DNA from: Nitrospirota bacterium
Lineage (GTDB): Bacteria > Nitrospirota > UBA9217
Reading direction: 5' to 3'
NCBI GenBank assembly: GCA_963751455.1
Contig: CAVVUN010000015.1
Location: 928,001 to 992,000, forward strand
DNA: 64,000 bases
The position numbers and the translations under genes are program-made. The notes beneath the pieces are model-generated. The model did not search any database and had not been told where the DNA came from. It saw only the letters and a program-made list of their open reading frames with translations. Shown here piece after piece: positions 52,515-64,000 of the stretch (the first letter of the stretch is position 1; each line of letters starts with the position of its first letter).

Positions 52515-52590
52515 AGGCCAGTAGCTCTAATGGTAGAGCTCCGGACTCCAAATCCGGCTGCTGGGGGTTCGAGTCCCTCCTGGCCTGCCA
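52515..52590 (+). tRNA. tRNA-Trp(CCA)
   Basis: CCGGA-CTCCAAA-TCCGG; CCA end; canonical position before secE. Confidence 0.96.
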
Positions 52591-52623
52591 TTTTCCCTCA
52601 TTGTGCGGAGAGAGGTTTTTCGA

Positions 52624-52809
52624 ATGTTCAAAAGGATCTCGGAGTTTTTCCAAGAAGTAAAGCTGGAACTCAAGAAGGTTGTGTTTCCGACGAAAAAGGA
52701 GGTTATAGGTTCTACCTGGGTAGTGATCATTACGGTGCTCATTTCCGCCTTTTTTCTGGGTTTGGTAGATATGGGGTTGGGAAAATTGATGACCCTTGCC
52801 TTTAAGTAG
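52624..52809 (+). CDS. secE: Preprotein translocase subunit SecE
   Basis: EVKLELKKVVFPT plus one TM helix. Confidence 0.93.
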   Translation: MFKRISEFFQEVKLELKKVVFPTKKEVIGSTWVVIITVLISAFFLGLVDMGLGKLMTLAFK

Positions 52810-52817
52810 AGATTATT

Positions 52818-53363
52818 ATGGCGATGAACTGGTATGTGGTCCATACGTATGCGGGATTTGAGAACAAGGTAAAGATCAGCATTTTGGAGACTGTCTCCAA
52901 GCTGGGTCTGAAGGACAAAATCGGCCAGATCCTTGTTCCCACGGAAGAGGTTCTTTCCATCAAAGCGGGAAAAAAAAGGAAGTCACAGAGGAAATTTTTC
53001 CCGGGTTATATTCTCGTAGAGATGGAAATGGACGACAATACGTGGCATATTGTCAAAGATACTCCAAAAGTTACAGGTTTTGTCGGCGGAAGCACGAACC
53101 CGACGCCGTTGAGCGACGACGAAGTAAAAAATATCCTTAAACAGGCCGAGGAAGGCGCCGTAGCGCAGGTGCAGCCCAAACATGCCTATCAAAAGGGAGA
53201 CCGGGTCAGGGTAATCGATGGACCATTCAGCAGTTTTATCGGGACGGTAGAAGACGTAAACCCTGCGCACGGCAGGCTGCGGGTCATGGTCAGTATTTTC
53301 GGACGGTCTACCCCTGTAGAACTGGAGTTTCTGCAGGTTGAGCGGGAGAAGGAAACGAAGTAG
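52818..53363 (+). CDS. nusG: Transcription factor NusG
   Basis: WYVVHTYAGFE, FPGY, KOW motif, IFGRSTPVEL. Confidence 0.98.
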   Translation: MAMNWYVVHTYAGFENKVKISILETVSKLGLKDKIGQILVPTEEVLSIKAGKKRKSQRKFFPGYILVEMEMDDNTWHIVKDTPKVTGFVGGSTNPTPLSDDEVKNILKQAEEGAVAQVQPKHAYQKGDRVRVIDGPFSSFIGTVEDVNPAHGRLRVMVSIFGRSTPVELEFLQVEREKETK

Positions 53364-53473
53364 CAATTCATAAAAGCATTGCCACGGAGCCGAGAGAGAT
53401 TTACTATAGAAGAAGTTGCGGCGCTGTGGCTGTAATCATATTTTCAAAACATAAATCAGTCAGGAGTTTATAG

Positions 53474-53899
53474 ATGGCAAAAGAGATTACGGCAAAAATC
53501 AAGCTACAGGTTCCTGCAGGAAAGGCCAACCCGGCACCGCCGGTCGGCCCTGCTCTCGGTCAACATGGCGTGAACATCATGGAGTTTTGCAAAACATTCA
53601 ATGCCAGGACCCAGAAACTGGGGGAGACGATCGTTCCGGTTATCATAACGGTTTATTCCGACCGGTCGTTTACCTTTATCACCAAGACGCCGCCCGCAGC
53701 GGAACTCCTCAAGAAGGCCGCAGGGATTATCAAGGGCTCCGGCGTACCGAACAAGGACAAGGTCGGGAAGGTTACCCGCGCGCAGATCAAGGAAATTGCA
53801 CAGACAAAGCTGCCGGACTTGAACGCCGCGAACGTCGAATCCGCCATGCGGATGATCGAAGGCTCTGCAAAGAGCATGGGGCTTGAGGTCGTAGACTAA
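53474..53899 (+). CDS. rplK: 50S ribosomal protein L11
   Basis: [23 protein letters not shown]. Confidence 0.98.
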   Translation: MAKEITAKIKLQVPAGKANPAPPVGPALGQHGVNIMEFCKTFNARTQKLGETIVPVIITVYSDRSFTFITKTPPAAELLKKAAGIIKGSGVPNKDKVGKVTRAQIKEIAQTKLPDLNAANVESAMRMIEGSAKSMGLEVVD

Positions 53900-53954
53900 G
53901 CAAATCCGAAAATCGAAGCACGAAATCCTAATTTAGATTTCAATTTGTTTTATA

Positions 53955-53993
53955 TGCGGGAGGTCACGCCTCGGCGTGACCGCCAATACCGCA
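53955..53993 (+). promoter_or_regulatory. Putative L1-binding autoregulatory mRNA structure
   Basis: TGCGGGAG-GTCACGCC-TC-GGCGTGAC-CGCCAATACCGCA immediately before the rplA RBS. Confidence 0.65.
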
Positions 53994-54003
53994 AGGAGGA
54001 AGC

Positions 54004-54706
54004 ATGTCAGGGAAAAAGTATAAAGCAGTTGCAGCACTGGTGGACAGGACCAAGTTCTACGACGTTCAGGAAGCCATAGCCCTCGCAAAGAAAACAGCAC
54101 GGACTAAATTCGACGAGACGGTGGATCTGGCTCTCAAACTAGGCGTGGATCCCGAAGCAGGCCGACCAGATGGTGCGCGGCACAGTGGTGCTTCCGCATG
54201 GCACCGGGAAAAAAGTCAAAATCCTGGTTTTTGCAAAAGGGGAAAAGGAAAAAGAGGCACGGGACGCGGGCGCTGATTACGTTGGCGCCGAAGATCTTGC
54301 CGATAAGATACAGAAAGAAGGATGGACCGACTTCGACACCGTTGTTGCGACTCCTGATATCATGGGTCTCGTCGGCAAACTCGGCAAGGTGCTTGGCCCC
54401 CGGGGGTTAATGCCCAATCCGAAAACAGGAACCGTTACGTTTGATGTCACAAAGGCCATCAGGGAAATCAGGGCAGGAAAGGTTGAATACCGGGTGGAGA
54501 AGGCAGGAATCGTCCATGTGCCGGTAGGCAAGGCCTCCTTCGACGAGAACAAACTCGTGGAAAACGCGAAATCCGTCCTTGAATCCATTTTAAAAGCAAA
54601 GCCCGCTTCCAGTAAAGGCAAGTATGTCAGAAGTGCAACCGTTTCCACCACAATGGGGCCGGGTATAAAAATGGACGTTGCCCTGATTGAAAAAGAGGCA
54701 GGATAA
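54004..54706 (+). CDS. rplA: 50S ribosomal protein L1, split by a +1 frameshift near 54151-54153
   Basis: [13 protein letters not shown] in one frame, then [19 protein letters not shown] in the next; removing one C restores a continuous L1. Confidence 0.93.
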
Positions 54707-54809
54707 TCCAGGACAAAACCAAATTTGAAGTTCCGAAACCGTAAACGTTCGGATTTCGGATTTAGAAATTAGTATTTGCAGTAACAAAAGGTCGGCACCC
54801 ATGAGGGTG

Positions 54810-54890
54810 AGCGGTCCGAGACAGCGGGCACTGGTTGAGAAAGCGGTATTCTCTTCCGGTTTAAATCGTAAAAGAGCCTGCCGAGACCCC
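54810..54890 (+). ncRNA. Ribosomal protein L10 leader (approximate bounds)
   Basis: CCGAGACAGCGGG...TTAA...CCTGCCGAG upstream of rplJ. Confidence 0.7.
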
Positions 54891-54981
54891 GGGTCAGAGA
54901 AAGATAAGAGTGCGGTTCGCTGCTTTCTTTCGAGATTCCCGGGATGGTCATCGGGAACTCTTGGAAGAAAGGAGGATAGCG

Positions 54982-55494
54982 TTGAATAAAGAAGAAAAAA
55001 AAGCTGCCATTGAAGAGCTTCGCGAAAAGTTCAGTCGCGCAAAGACTGCGGTGATTACCGGCTACACAGGGATCAACGTGGAGCAGATAACAGAGCTTAG
55101 ATCCAAGCTGCGAACGGCAAAGGTCGAGTACCGGGTAGTAAAAAACACCCTCGCCCGCAAGGCGGCCGAAGGGACGGGCCTCGAGCCGCTCAAGGATTAT
55201 TTCATCGGTCCCGTCGGGCTCGCGCTGGGATATGATGATGTGGTTGCGCCGGCCAAGGTGCTCTCCGATTTCAGCAAGATCCAGGCCAAACTCGAACTCA
55301 AGGTCGGCGTGCTCGACGGCAGGTTGCTGAAGCAGGCTGACATCAAAGCGCTGGCAAGTTTGCCGTCGCTCAACGCGCTTCGCGGGAAGATCGTCGGACT
55401 TTTGCAGGCGCCGGCATCAAGAATCGTCGGCGTACTCGCGGCACCGGGCGGTCAAATAGCCAGGGTCATGAAGGCAAAGGCAGACAAGGGATAG
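54982..55494 (+). CDS. rplJ: 50S ribosomal protein L10
   Basis: TTG start after AGGAGG; VVKNTLAR; LASLPS. Confidence 0.96.
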   Translation: MNKEEKKAAIEELREKFSRAKTAVITGYTGINVEQITELRSKLRTAKVEYRVVKNTLARKAAEGTGLEPLKDYFIGPVGLALGYDDVVAPAKVLSDFSKIQAKLELKVGVLDGRLLKQADIKALASLPSLNALRGKIVGLLQAPASRIVGVLAAPGGQIARVMKAKADKG

Positions 55495-55653
55495 GGCAAG
55501 CTCGAAATACGAAGCACCAAATTCTAAATAAGTTCAAAATTCAAAGTAAGAAACATACACTTTGAACATTTTAACTTCAATATTGTTTAGGATTTCGAAT
55601 TTAGGATTTAGAATTTCACTCAAAAGTTTATAAATTCCTCGGAGGACATAATA

Positions 55654-56025
55654 ATGGCGGATTTAGCAAAGATCGTTGATGAATTGAGCGGTTTGACCGT
55701 TCTTGAAGCGGCAGAGCTGAGCAAGATGCTCGAAGAGAAGTGGGGCGTATCGGCCGCAGCCCCGGTTGCCGCTGCAGCAGCCGCAGGAGCAGCAGCACCG
55801 GCAGCGGAAGAAAAAACCGCTTTCGATGTGGTCCTGGCAGCCGCCGGTGCCCAGAAGATCAACGTGATCAAAGTAGTGCGCGAACTTACGGGCCTCGGCC
55901 TGAAGGAAGCGAAAGATCTGGTGGAAGGCGCTCCCAAGCCGGTGAAAACCGGAGTCACAAAAGAAGAGGCCGAGACCATGAAGAAAAAACTTACCGACGC
56001 AGGCGCAACTGTCGAGGTAAAGTAA
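55654..56025 (+). CDS. rplL: 50S ribosomal protein L7/L12
   Basis: Ala-rich hinge; [24 protein letters not shown]. Confidence 0.98.
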   Translation: MADLAKIVDELSGLTVLEAAELSKMLEEKWGVSAAAPVAAAAAAGAAAPAAEEKTAFDVVLAAAGAQKINVIKVVRELTGLGLKEAKDLVEGAPKPVKTGVTKEEAETMKKKLTDAGATVEVK

Positions 56026-56048
56026 TACGTACATCAAGATGATTAAGC

Positions 56049-56092
56049 AAGTCCTTGCCCTCCGGCGGCAGTCCGGAGGGCAGAGGACTTTT
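56049..56092 (+). terminator. Terminator/attenuator between rplL and rpoB
   Basis: AAGTCCT-TGCCCTCCGG...CCGGAGGGCA-G-AGGACTTTTT. Confidence 0.75.
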
Positions 56093-56203
56093 TGCGTTTA
56101 TGGATGGTGCGGATTAATACGATGATATATATATTTTCAGCAATTATTCCTAAACAAAGCGTATTGATACCAGCCGGTCATTTTGCAGTAAAGGGGTGTA
56201 ACC

Positions 56204-59200
56204 ATGTCTAAGGAAAAAAGAGAACTTACTCGTACACGCAGAGATTTTTCGAGGATTCCAACAATTCTGGAGATTCCTGATCTTATTGAAATTCAGAAAC
56301 GGTCGTATGATTCGTTTCTTCAGAGGGATATCGCGTCCGATAAACGGAGGGATACCGGCCTGCAGGCCGCCTTCAAGAGCGTCTTCCCGATATACGACTT
56401 TAATGAAACAGCAATGGTTGATTACCTCGGGTTCTCGCTGGGCGACCCGAAGTACAGTTTGTGGGAGTGTTTGCAGCGCGGCGCGACGTATGCTGCTCCG
56501 CTCAAAATCAAGACGCGCCTGGTATTCTTTGAAAAAGACGAACAGACTGCTACGAAGCGTGTAAAGGATATCAAAGAACAGGAGGTGTATGTCGGCGACC
56601 TCCCTCTTATGACCGAAACCGGCACATTCATCGTGAACGGCACGGAGCGCGTCGTTGTAAGCCAGTTGCATCGTTCTCCCGGCGCATTCTTTACGCACGA
56701 CAAAGGCAGGACCCACGCGAGCGGGAAAATCCTGTATTCAGCCAGAATCATACCCTATCGCGGGTCCTGGCTCGACTTCGAGTTCGATGTCAAGGATATC
56801 GTTTATGTAAGAATCGACCGGCGAAGGAAGATCCCGGCAACGATCCTTCTGAAGTCCTTCGGCTATTCCAACGAAGACCTGCTGCGGATGTATTATCCGA
56901 TCGAAAACATCAGGATCAAGAAGGACGGCTTTACACGGGGCATTCACGCCGAAGTTCTTGCAGGCCAGAAGGCGCCTGTTACGATCACCGATAAAGCCAC
57001 GCGCGAACTGATCGTCAAAGAGGGGGCAAAGATCACCCGCGTCGCAATTAAAAAGATGGAAGCTGCGGGAATCAGCGAGATCCCTATCGCCCGCGAGGAA
57101 CTTATCGATCGAGTAGTTCTCCGCGATATCATCGATCCGGAAACCGGCGAAGTGCTGCTTCCTGCGAATGAAAAGATTACCGACGCTTTCCTGACAAAAA
57201 TTACCGGAACCAAGGTGGAGAAGATGGAAGTCATCTACATGGATGGCATCCATGTGATTTCCGCGCTTCGCGATACGCTGCTTTCAGACAAGGTACAGAG
57301 CTCGGACGAAGCGCTCCTTGAAATTTATCGCAAGATGCGGCCGGGAGAGCCCCCGACGGTCGAGATGGCGAGAAACCTTTTCTCCGGAATGTTCTTCAAT
57401 TCCAAACGTTATGACCTTTCCTCAGTTGGCAGACTGAAGCTGAACAAGAAGTTAAAACTCGACATTCCTATCGATAAAACGACATTGACGGCCCAGGACG
57501 TGGTGGAAGTAATCCGCTATCTGGTCAATCTTCGCACAGGCAAAGGCGAAGTGGACGATATCGATCATCTCGGCAACCGCAGGGTGAGATCGGTCGGAGA
57601 GCTTCTTGAAAACCAGATCCGCATCGGCCTCGCCAGGATGGAACGCGCAATCAAGGAGCGGATGAGCCTGCAGGATGTGGACCAGCTCATGCCGCACGAC
57701 ATCATCAACCCGAAGCCGGTCATCGCGGCGATCAAGGAATTTTTCGGATCGAGCCAGCTTTCGCAGTTCATGGACCAGACAAACCCGCTGGCGGAGATTA
57801 CGCACAAACGAAGGCTTTCCGCCCTCGGTCCGGGCGGTCTTACCCGTGAACGGGCAGGGTTCGAAGTGCGCGACGTGCATACCACGCATTACGGAAGGAT
57901 TTGCCCGATCGAGACGCCGGAAGGTCCGAACATCGGTCTCATCGTCTCGCTTGCAACGTATGCCCGCGTGAACGACTACGGCTTCATCGAGGCGCCGTAC
58001 CGGCAGGTTAAGGGGGCGAAGGTAAGCGACGATATCGAGTATCTATCCGCGGTGGACGGCGAAAATTACGTCATTGCGCAGGCGAATACTCCGGTTGACG
58101 GACGGGGTAAGATCGCGGTGGACAGCGTGTCTGCGCGCGTTGCCGGTGAATTCAAACTGGTGAGCGCGGAGGAAGTTCAGTACATGGACGTATCTCCGAA
58201 GCAGATTGTGTCCGTATCGGCCGCTCTTATTCCGTTCCTTGAAAATGACGACGCGAACCGCGCGCTCATGGGCTCGAACATGCAGCGCCAGGCAGTGCCG
58301 CTGCTGAGGCCGCAGGCGCCTGTTGTAGGCACCGGCATGGAGCGCGTTGCCGCTAGAGACTCAGGGGCTATCGTATCGGTCAAGCGTGACGGCATCGTTG
58401 AAGGCGTCGATTCCACGCGCATCGTCATAAAAGGCGAGGATGCCAAGGGTAGAACGGTTGTGGATACATATCCCCTTACCAAGTTTTACCGCTCGAACCA
58501 GAATACCTGCATGAATCAGAAACCGATCGTACGGGCAGGCGACAAGGTAAAAAAAGGCCAGGTGATCGCCGATGGTCCCGCGACCGATCTCGGGGAACTG
58601 GCGCTCGGTCAGAACGTTCTCGTGGCATTCATGCCCTGGAGCGGCTACAACTATGAAGACGCGATCATCATAAGCGAGAAACTCGTGAAGGAGGACCGTT
58701 ATACCTCCATCCATATCGAGGAGTTCGAGATCGAAGCCCGGGACACCAAACTCGGCAAGGAAGAGATAACGCGCGACATCCCGAACCTCGGCGAAGAGAC
58801 GCTCAGAAACCTCGACGAGAACGGCATCATCCGCATCGGCGCCGAAGTAATGCCGGGCGATATTCTGATCGGCAAAGTAACACCCAAAGGCGAGACGCAG
58901 CTGACGCCCGAGGAAAAACTTCTTCGCGCAATCTTCGGAGAGAAGGCGGGCGACGTGCGCGATGCCTCTCTCTACGCGCCTCCGGGCATTGAAGGCACGG
59001 TCATCGACGTCAAGGTGTTCTCGCGCAAGGGCGAAGACAAGAATGAACGCCTCAAGACGCAGGAGAGCGAAGAGATCGCGCGGCTGCAGAAGGAATACCA
59101 GGAAGAGGTCAAAGCCGAGAAAGAAGACCGGTATAAACGCATCAGGCGCATCCTGATCGGCAAAACTGCCGCCGATAAGATTGTGAATGCCAAGACCGGC

Positions 59201-60196
59201 AAGACTGAACTAGCCAAGGGTAAAAAAATAACAGCAGAGATTCTCGATAAACTTTCGGAAAAGGATTACGCCAAGATCAAGGTGGAGTCTGACGAATATC
59301 CCGCGAAACTGCAGGAGATCCTGGACAGCTCCGAGAACCAGCTCGGCATTCTCGAGGCAATTTACGACGAAAAGATAGGAAGGCTGAAACGGGGCGACGA
59401 TCTGCCCCCGGGCGTCGTCAAGCTGGTCAAAGCCTATGTCGCGATGAAGCGAAAGCTTTCGGTCGGCGATAAGATGGCAGGACGGCACGGGAACAAGGGC
59501 GTGGTATCCCGGATCGTGCCCGAGGAGGACATGCCGTATCTTCCCGACGGAACGCCCGTCGAGATCGTGCTGAATCCCCTCGGTGTTCCTTCTCGTATGA
59601 ACGTCGGACAGATCCTTGAAACGCATCTCGGCTGGGCGGCCAAGGCACTCGGGCTCCATGTCGCCACACCGGTGTTTGACGGCGCTTCGGAAGACCGGAT
59701 ACGGTCGCTGCTCAAGGAAGCGAAATTGCCGCTCACGGGACAGTCGATTCTGTTCGACGGCCGTACCGGCGATCCGTTTGATAAACCGATAACCGTCGGT
59801 TACATGTATATGCTGAAGCTGCACCATCTTGTCGACGACAAACTGCATGCACGGTCCATCGGGCCCTATTCGCTCGTCACCCAGCAGCCGCTCGGCGGAA
59901 AGGCCCAGTTCGGCGGGCAGCGTCTTGGAGAAATGGAAGTGTGGGCGCTCCAGGCGTATGGCGCGGCTTACTGTCTGCAGGAGTTCCTTACGGTCAAGTC
60001 GGATGACGTATCCGGAAGGGCAAAGATCTACGAGGCGATCGTAAAGGGCGAGAATACCCTCGAGCCCGGGCTGCCGGAGTCTTTCTACGTGCTCATCAAG
60101 GAGCTCCAGAGCCTTTGCCTCGATGTGGAACTGATCGAGCGAAAGAACGAGAAAGAACGGGTAATCGGACTGGAGAAAATTTCGTCGGCAAGGTAA
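56204..60196 (+). CDS. rpoB: RNA polymerase beta subunit
   Basis: [37 protein letters not shown]. Confidence 0.99.
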   Translation: MSKEKRELTRTRRDFSRIPTILEIPDLIEIQKRSYDSFLQRDIASDKRRDTGLQAAFKSVFPIYDFNETAMVDYLGFSLGDPKYSLWECLQRGATYAAPLKIKTRLVFFEKDEQTATKRVKDIKEQEVYVGDLPLMTETGTFIVNGTERVVVSQLHRSPGAFFTHDKGRTHASGKILYSARIIPYRGSWLDFEFDVKDIVYVRIDRRRKIPATILLKSFGYSNEDLLRMYYPIENIRIKKDGFTRGIHAEVLAGQKAPVTITDKATRELIVKEGAKITRVAIKKMEAAGISEIPIAREELIDRVVLRDIIDPETGEVLLPANEKITDAFLTKITGTKVEKMEVIYMDGIHVISALRDTLLSDKVQSSDEALLEIYRKMRPGEPPTVEMARNLFSGMFFNSKRYDLSSVGRLKLNKKLKLDIPIDKTTLTAQDVVEVIRYLVNLRTGKGEVDDIDHLGNRRVRSVGELLENQIRIGLARMERAIKERMSLQDVDQLMPHDIINPKPVIAAIKEFFGSSQLSQFMDQTNPLAEITHKRRLSALGPGGLTRERAGFEVRDVHTTHYGRICPIETPEGPNIGLIVSLATYARVNDYGFIEAPYRQVKGAKVSDDIEYLSAVDGENYVIAQANTPVDGRGKIAVDSVSARVAGEFKLVSAEEVQYMDVSPKQIVSVSAALIPFLENDDANRALMGSNMQRQAVPLLRPQAPVVGTGMERVAARDSGAIVSVKRDGIVEGVDSTRIVIKGEDAKGRTVVDTYPLTKFYRSNQNTCMNQKPIVRAGDKVKKGQVIADGPATDLGELALGQNVLVAFMPWSGYNYEDAIIISEKLVKEDRYTSIHIEEFEIEARDTKLGKEEITRDIPNLGEETLRNLDENGIIRIGAEVMPGDILIGKVTPKGETQLTPEEKLLRAIFGEKAGDVRDASLYAPPGIEGTVIDVKVFSRKGEDKNERLKTQESEEIARLQKEYQEEVKAEKEDRYKRIRRILIGKTAADKIVNAKTGKTELAKGKKITAEILDKLSEKDYAKIKVESDEYPAKLQEILDSSENQLGILEAIYDEKIGRLKRGDDLPPGVVKLVKAYVAMKRKLSVGDKMAGRHGNKGVVSRIVPEEDMPYLPDGTPVEIVLNPLGVPSRMNVGQILETHLGWAAKALGLHVATPVFDGASEDRIRSLLKEAKLPLTGQSILFDGRTGDPFDKPITVGYMYMLKLHHLVDDKLHARSIGPYSLVTQQPLGGKAQFGGQRLGEMEVWALQAYGAAYCLQEFLTVKSDDVSGRAKIYEAIVKGENTLEPGLPESFYVLIKELQSLCLDVELIERKNEKERVIGLEKISSAR

Positions 60197-60319
60197 GAAA
60201 GACAAATTCCAAATAGCAGACACCAGAACCAAATGCCAAACGTTTGAAATTTAAAATAGCTAGAATTATTTGGGATTTGTATTTTAAGATTTGGGATTTG
60301 TCTTAACAGGAGGTTCAAA

Positions 60320-63300
60320 GTGGAAGACAAACGGATGACAGAAAGTAAGGCCAGAGCAGATGTCATGAGCTTGTTCGAAAAGCCGAAAGACATCAGTTTT
60401 GACGCAATGCGTATAAAAATAGCCTCTCCGGAGCGGATCAAGGAATGGTCTTTCGGCGAGGTGAAGAAGCCGGAGACCATTAATTACCGCTCATTCAAGC
60501 CCGAGCGTGACGGCCTCTTCTGTGCGAAGATATTCGGTCCTATCAAGGACTGGGAATGCCTGTGCGGCAAGTATAAGCGGATGAAACATCGCGGGATCGT
60601 ATGCGACAAGTGCGGTGTCGAAGTGATCCAGTCCAAGGTGCGCCGGGAGCGCATGGGCCACATCGAGCTCTCGTCTCCGGTTGCCCATATCTGGTTCCTC
60701 AAGGGACTCCCGAGCCGTATCGGAACGCTTCTCGACATGACGCTCAGGCAGTTGGAGAAAGTCCTTTATTTCGAGAACTATGTCGTGGTGGACGGGGCCG
60801 ATACGCCGCTCAAGAATAAAGAACTGCTGACCGAAGAAAAATTCCGCAAGGCGCAGCTGGAGTACGGCGTGTCCTCGTTCAAGGCCGGCATGGGCGCAGA
60901 GGCGATCCGGGAAATGCTGAATGCCATCGATCTCGAGGTCGAGTCCGAGGACATCCGCAAGAAGATCGAGACCGCAACATCCATGGCGACCAAGAAAAAG
61001 CTGACGAAGCGGCTCAAGGTGATCGAAGCTTTCCGCAAGTCGGGCAATAAGCCGGCTTGGATGATCCTCGACGTGATCCCGGTGATTCCGCCGGAATTGA
61101 GGCCCCTGGTTCCCCTCGAAGGCGGCCGGTTCGCCACATCCGATTTGAACGACCTCTATCGGAGAGTGATCAACCGCAATAATCGGCTGAGGCGGCTTGA
61201 AGAGCTGAAAGCGCCTTCGGTCATCATCCGGAACGAAAAACGGATGCTCCAGGAGGCGGTGGACGCCCTCTTTGACAACGGCAGGCGAGGCAGAGTGCTG
61301 CGCGGCCCGAACAAACGGCCGCTCAAGTCCCTCTCGGATATGCTTAAGGGAAAACAGGGACGGTTCCGCCAGAACCTGCTCGGGAAGCGTGTAGACTACT
61401 CAGGCCGTTCGGTGATCGTGGTTGGTCCGGACCTCAAGCTTCATCAGTGCGGTTTGCCGAAAAAGATGGCGCTTGAACTGTTCAAGCCCTTCATTTTCAA
61501 CAAGCTTGAGGAAAAGGGATATGCGACGACCATCAAGAGCGCCAAGAAGATGATTGAACGCGAGCGGCCCGAGGTGTGGGATGTGCTGGAAGAGGTGATC
61601 CAGGAGCACCCGGTGCTTCTGAACCGCGCTCCAACCCTGCACCGTCTCGGCATTCAGGCCTTCGACCCCGTGCTCGTGGAAGGCAAAGCCATCCGCCTGC
61701 ATCCCCTGGTCTGCGCGGCATTCAACGCGGACTTCGACGGCGACCAGATGGCGGTCCATATACCGCTCTCGGTCGAGGCACAACTCGAGGCGCGCGTGCT
61801 CATGCTCTCCATCAACAACGTGCTGTCTCCGGCGAACGGAAGGCCGATCACGGTTCCTTCGCAGGACATCGTGCTCGGCTGCTATTACCTTACGAAGGCG
61901 CGCTCCGGCGCGCGCGGTGAGGGCAAGATATTCTCGGGCCGGGATGAAGTACGCATTGCGTACGACCAGCGCATGGTGGATATCCACGCCCGTGTTCGGG
62001 TGCGTATGAACGGCAAGATCGAAGAAACAACCGTCGGAAGGGTCCTTTTCAGCGATATCCTGCCTGAAAGCATCCCGTTTTCGTCAGTCAACAGAGACAT
62101 GAACAAAAAGGAACTCGCGAAACTGATCGACGAGTGCTACCGGAAGCTCGGGTTGCGAAGGACGGTCGTTCTCATAGATGATCTGAAAGAAGTCGGCTTC
62201 AAGTACGCTATGCGCGCCGGCATCTCGATCTGCATTTCAGACATGCATATTCCGAGCAAGAAGCAGAAATTCATCGACCAGGCTCAAAAAGAGGTCATGG
62301 AGATCCATCATCAGTACACGGAGGGCCTCATCACGAACGGCGAGCGCTACAACAAGGAAATCGACATCTGGGCGAACGTGACCGAGAAAATCGCAGACGA
62401 AATGATGGCCGAACTCGGTATGGAGGCGGTGGAGATCGGGAGCGCGAAGAAGTCGGAGCTCCAGGAAGCCCGTTCGTTCAACAACATCTTCATGATGGCC
62501 GACTCCGGGGCGCGCGGCAGCACTCAGCAAATCAGGCAGCTTGCGGGCATGCGCGGCCTTATGGCCAAGCCTTCGGGTGAAATCATCGAAACGCCGATTA
62601 CTGCGAACTTCCGGGAAGGTCTCACCGTGCTGCAGTACTTCATTTCGACGCATGGCGCGCGCAAGGGTCTCGCGGATACGGCACTCAAGACTGCCAATTC
62701 CGGGTACCTGACGAGAAGGCTCGTGGACGTGTCCCAGGACGTAATCATCACCCAGGACGACTGCGGAACCACCGACGGAATCATCGTCGGATCTCTTGTA
62801 GAAGGCGGCGAAATCATCGAGCCGTTGTCCGAGCGTATTCTGGGCCGCGTAGCAGCCGAGGACATCAAGGACCCGATCACCAAGGACGTGATTATCGGCA
62901 CTCGCAGGGAAATCAATGAAGAGCTGGTCAAGCGGGTCGAGGAATCCGGAATAGACCGGATCAAGATACGTTCGGTTCTTACCTGTCAGTCCCTGAGGGG
63001 AGTATGCCGGATGTGTTACGGCCGCGATCTCGGCCGCGGCAAGCTCGTGGACATCGGCGAGGCAATCGGCATTGTTGCGGCCCAGTCGATCGGCGAGCCG
63101 GGAACACAGCTCACGATGAGAACATTCCATATCGGCGGCACGGCAAGTAAAGTCGTTGAACAGACCGTGCTCGAGGCGAAAAACGCGGGCGCCGTCAAGT
63201 ACCTGAATCTGAATACAGTGAAGAACAAAGACGGCGACTTCGTGGTCATGTCGCGCAGTGGAAACATTGCGATCTACGATGAGACAGGACGTGAAAAGGA

Positions 63301-64000
63301 AAAGTACGCCATCATTTACGGAGCCCGGTTAAAGGTGCAGGATGGGCAAAAGGTGGATGTGGCCCAGAAACTCGTGGAATGGGATCCCTATTCACTGCCG
63401 ATCCTTACCGAAATCGGAGGGAAAATCGCCTTCGGCGACATCATCGAAGGCGTAACGATGCGCGAGGAAGTCGACGAAGTCACCGGGTTGTCACGCAAGG
63501 TCATCATTGATTATCCCAACCAGAATCTGCGGCCGAGAATTTCGATCAAGGACCAGAGTGGAAAGACCGCCAGGCTGCCGGGCTCGAATGTTGTTGCCCG
63601 GTATCTGCTGCCTGCGGGAGCGCACATCCTGGTCGACAAGGGCCATGAAGTTTTCCCCGGGGACATCCTGGTCAAGATACCCCGAGAAACAACGAAGACA
63701 AAAGACATCACCGGAGGTCTGCCGCGCGTGGCCGAACTCTTCGAGGCCAGAAAGCCGAAAGAGCAGGCCATTATCAGTGAAATCGACGGAACAGTGGAGT
63801 TCGGCGGATTTGTGAAAGGTATGAGGCGCATCCTGGTGAAGGACGGTATGGGCAACGAGAAGGAATACCTTATCCCGAAGGGCAAACACGTGAACGTGCA
63901 TGAGGGTGACTGGGTGACCGCGGGCGAACCACTCATGGACGGCCCTGTCGACCCGCACGATATTCTGAGTGTACTCGGTCCCCGGGAACTCCAGAAGTAC
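60320..64000 (+). CDS. rpoC: RNA polymerase beta' subunit (partial, runs off window end; absent from the ORF track)
   Basis: GTG after AGGAGG; [12 protein letters not shown]; [12 protein letters not shown] near 61725; frame consistent at the window end. Confidence 0.97.
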   Translation, partial: MEDKRMTESKARADVMSLFEKPKDISFDAMRIKIASPERIKEWSFGEVKKPETINYRSFKPERDGLFCAKIFGPIKDWECLCGKYKRMKHRGIVCDKCGVEVIQSKVRRERMGHIELSSPVAHIWFLKGLPSRIGTLLDMTLRQLEKVLYFENYVVVDGADTPLKNKELLTEEKFRKAQLEYGVSSFKAGMGAEAIREMLNAIDLEVESEDIRKKIETATSMATKKKLTKRLKVIEAFRKSGNKPAWMILDVIPVIPPELRPLVPLEGGRFATSDLNDLYRRVINRNNRLRRLEELKAPSVIIRNEKRMLQEAVDALFDNGRRGRVLRGPNKRPLKSLSDMLKGKQGRFRQNLLGKRVDYSGRSVIVVGPDLKLHQCGLPKKMALELFKPFIFNKLEEKGYATTIKSAKKMIERERPEVWDVLEEVIQEHPVLLNRAPTLHRLGIQAFDPVLVEGKAIRLHPLVCAAFNADFDGDQMAVHIPLSVEAQLEARVLMLSINNVLSPANGRPITVPSQDIVLGCYYLTKARSGARGEGKIFSGRDEVRIAYDQRMVDIHARVRVRMNGKIEETTVGRVLFSDILPESIPFSSVNRDMNKKELAKLIDECYRKLGLRRTVVLIDDLKEVGFKYAMRAGISICISDMHIPSKKQKFIDQAQKEVMEIHHQYTEGLITNGERYNKEIDIWANVTEKIADEMMAELGMEAVEIGSAKKSELQEARSFNNIFMMADSGARGSTQQIRQLAGMRGLMAKPSGEIIETPITANFREGLTVLQYFISTHGARKGLADTALKTANSGYLTRRLVDVSQDVIITQDDCGTTDGIIVGSLVEGGEIIEPLSERILGRVAAEDIKDPITKDVIIGTRREINEELVKRVEESGIDRIKIRSVLTCQSLRGVCRMCYGRDLGRGKLVDIGEAIGIVAAQSIGEPGTQLTMRTFHIGGTASKVVEQTVLEAKNAGAVKYLNLNTVKNKDGDFVVMSRSGNIAIYDETGREKEKYAIIYGARLKVQDGQKVDVAQKLVEWDPYSLPILTEIGGKIAFGDIIEGVTMREEVDEVTGLSRKVIIDYPNQNLRPRISIKDQSGKTARLPGSNVVARYLLPAGAHILVDKGHEVFPGDILVKIPRETTKTKDITGGLPRVAELFEARKPKEQAIISEIDGTVEFGGFVKGMRRILVKDGMGNEKEYLIPKGKHVNVHEGDWVTAGEPLMDGPVDPHDILSVLGPRELQKY

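Noticed and set aside
50429-52590. tRNA-Sec or a tRNA-targeted integrated island
   Set aside because: All five tRNAs are standard, none has a TCA anticodon, and there is no integrase or duplicated tRNA 3' end.
196-60299. CRISPR array
   Set aside because: The repeats are inverted and 7-9-nt periodic, with no constant repeat-spacer units and no cas genes.

Overview
Bacterial chromosomal window with no phage or intact IS recognised. Gene styles suggest Nitrospirota or a Desulfobacterota-like lineage, possibly a metagenome assembly (inference). In order: end of a type II secretion operon (gspL-like, gspM, gspN); membrane sensor kinase; radA; two toxin-antitoxin-like pairs flanking a multiheme cytochrome c; aroF; a PAS-PAS sigma54 activator; an RpoS-like sigma factor; an orphan FAD/Fe-S oxidoreductase operon; acetolactate synthase; a sigma54-type methylcitrate/TCA operon (prpBCD-acnA-sdhCAB-mdh-prpE); a class III PHA cluster; cysS-rlmB; and the tRNA-tuf-rpmG-secE-nusG-rplKAJL-rpoBC region. 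Top signals: (1) ORFs 7194..7847 and 7965..9158 share one frame, interrupted by a single TGA that is followed by a SECIS-like hairpin, giving a probable 643-aa selenocysteine-containing cytochrome with about 10 hemes. (2) A decayed GxxExxY nuclease gene sits inside 22-bp inverted repeats, and empty related hairpins fill many intergenic spacers, some carried by MITE ends with clean target-site duplications. (3) A tandem family of 11-residue-repeat amphipathic proteins upstream of phaEC are candidate new phasins. All calls were made by eye; no database searches were run.
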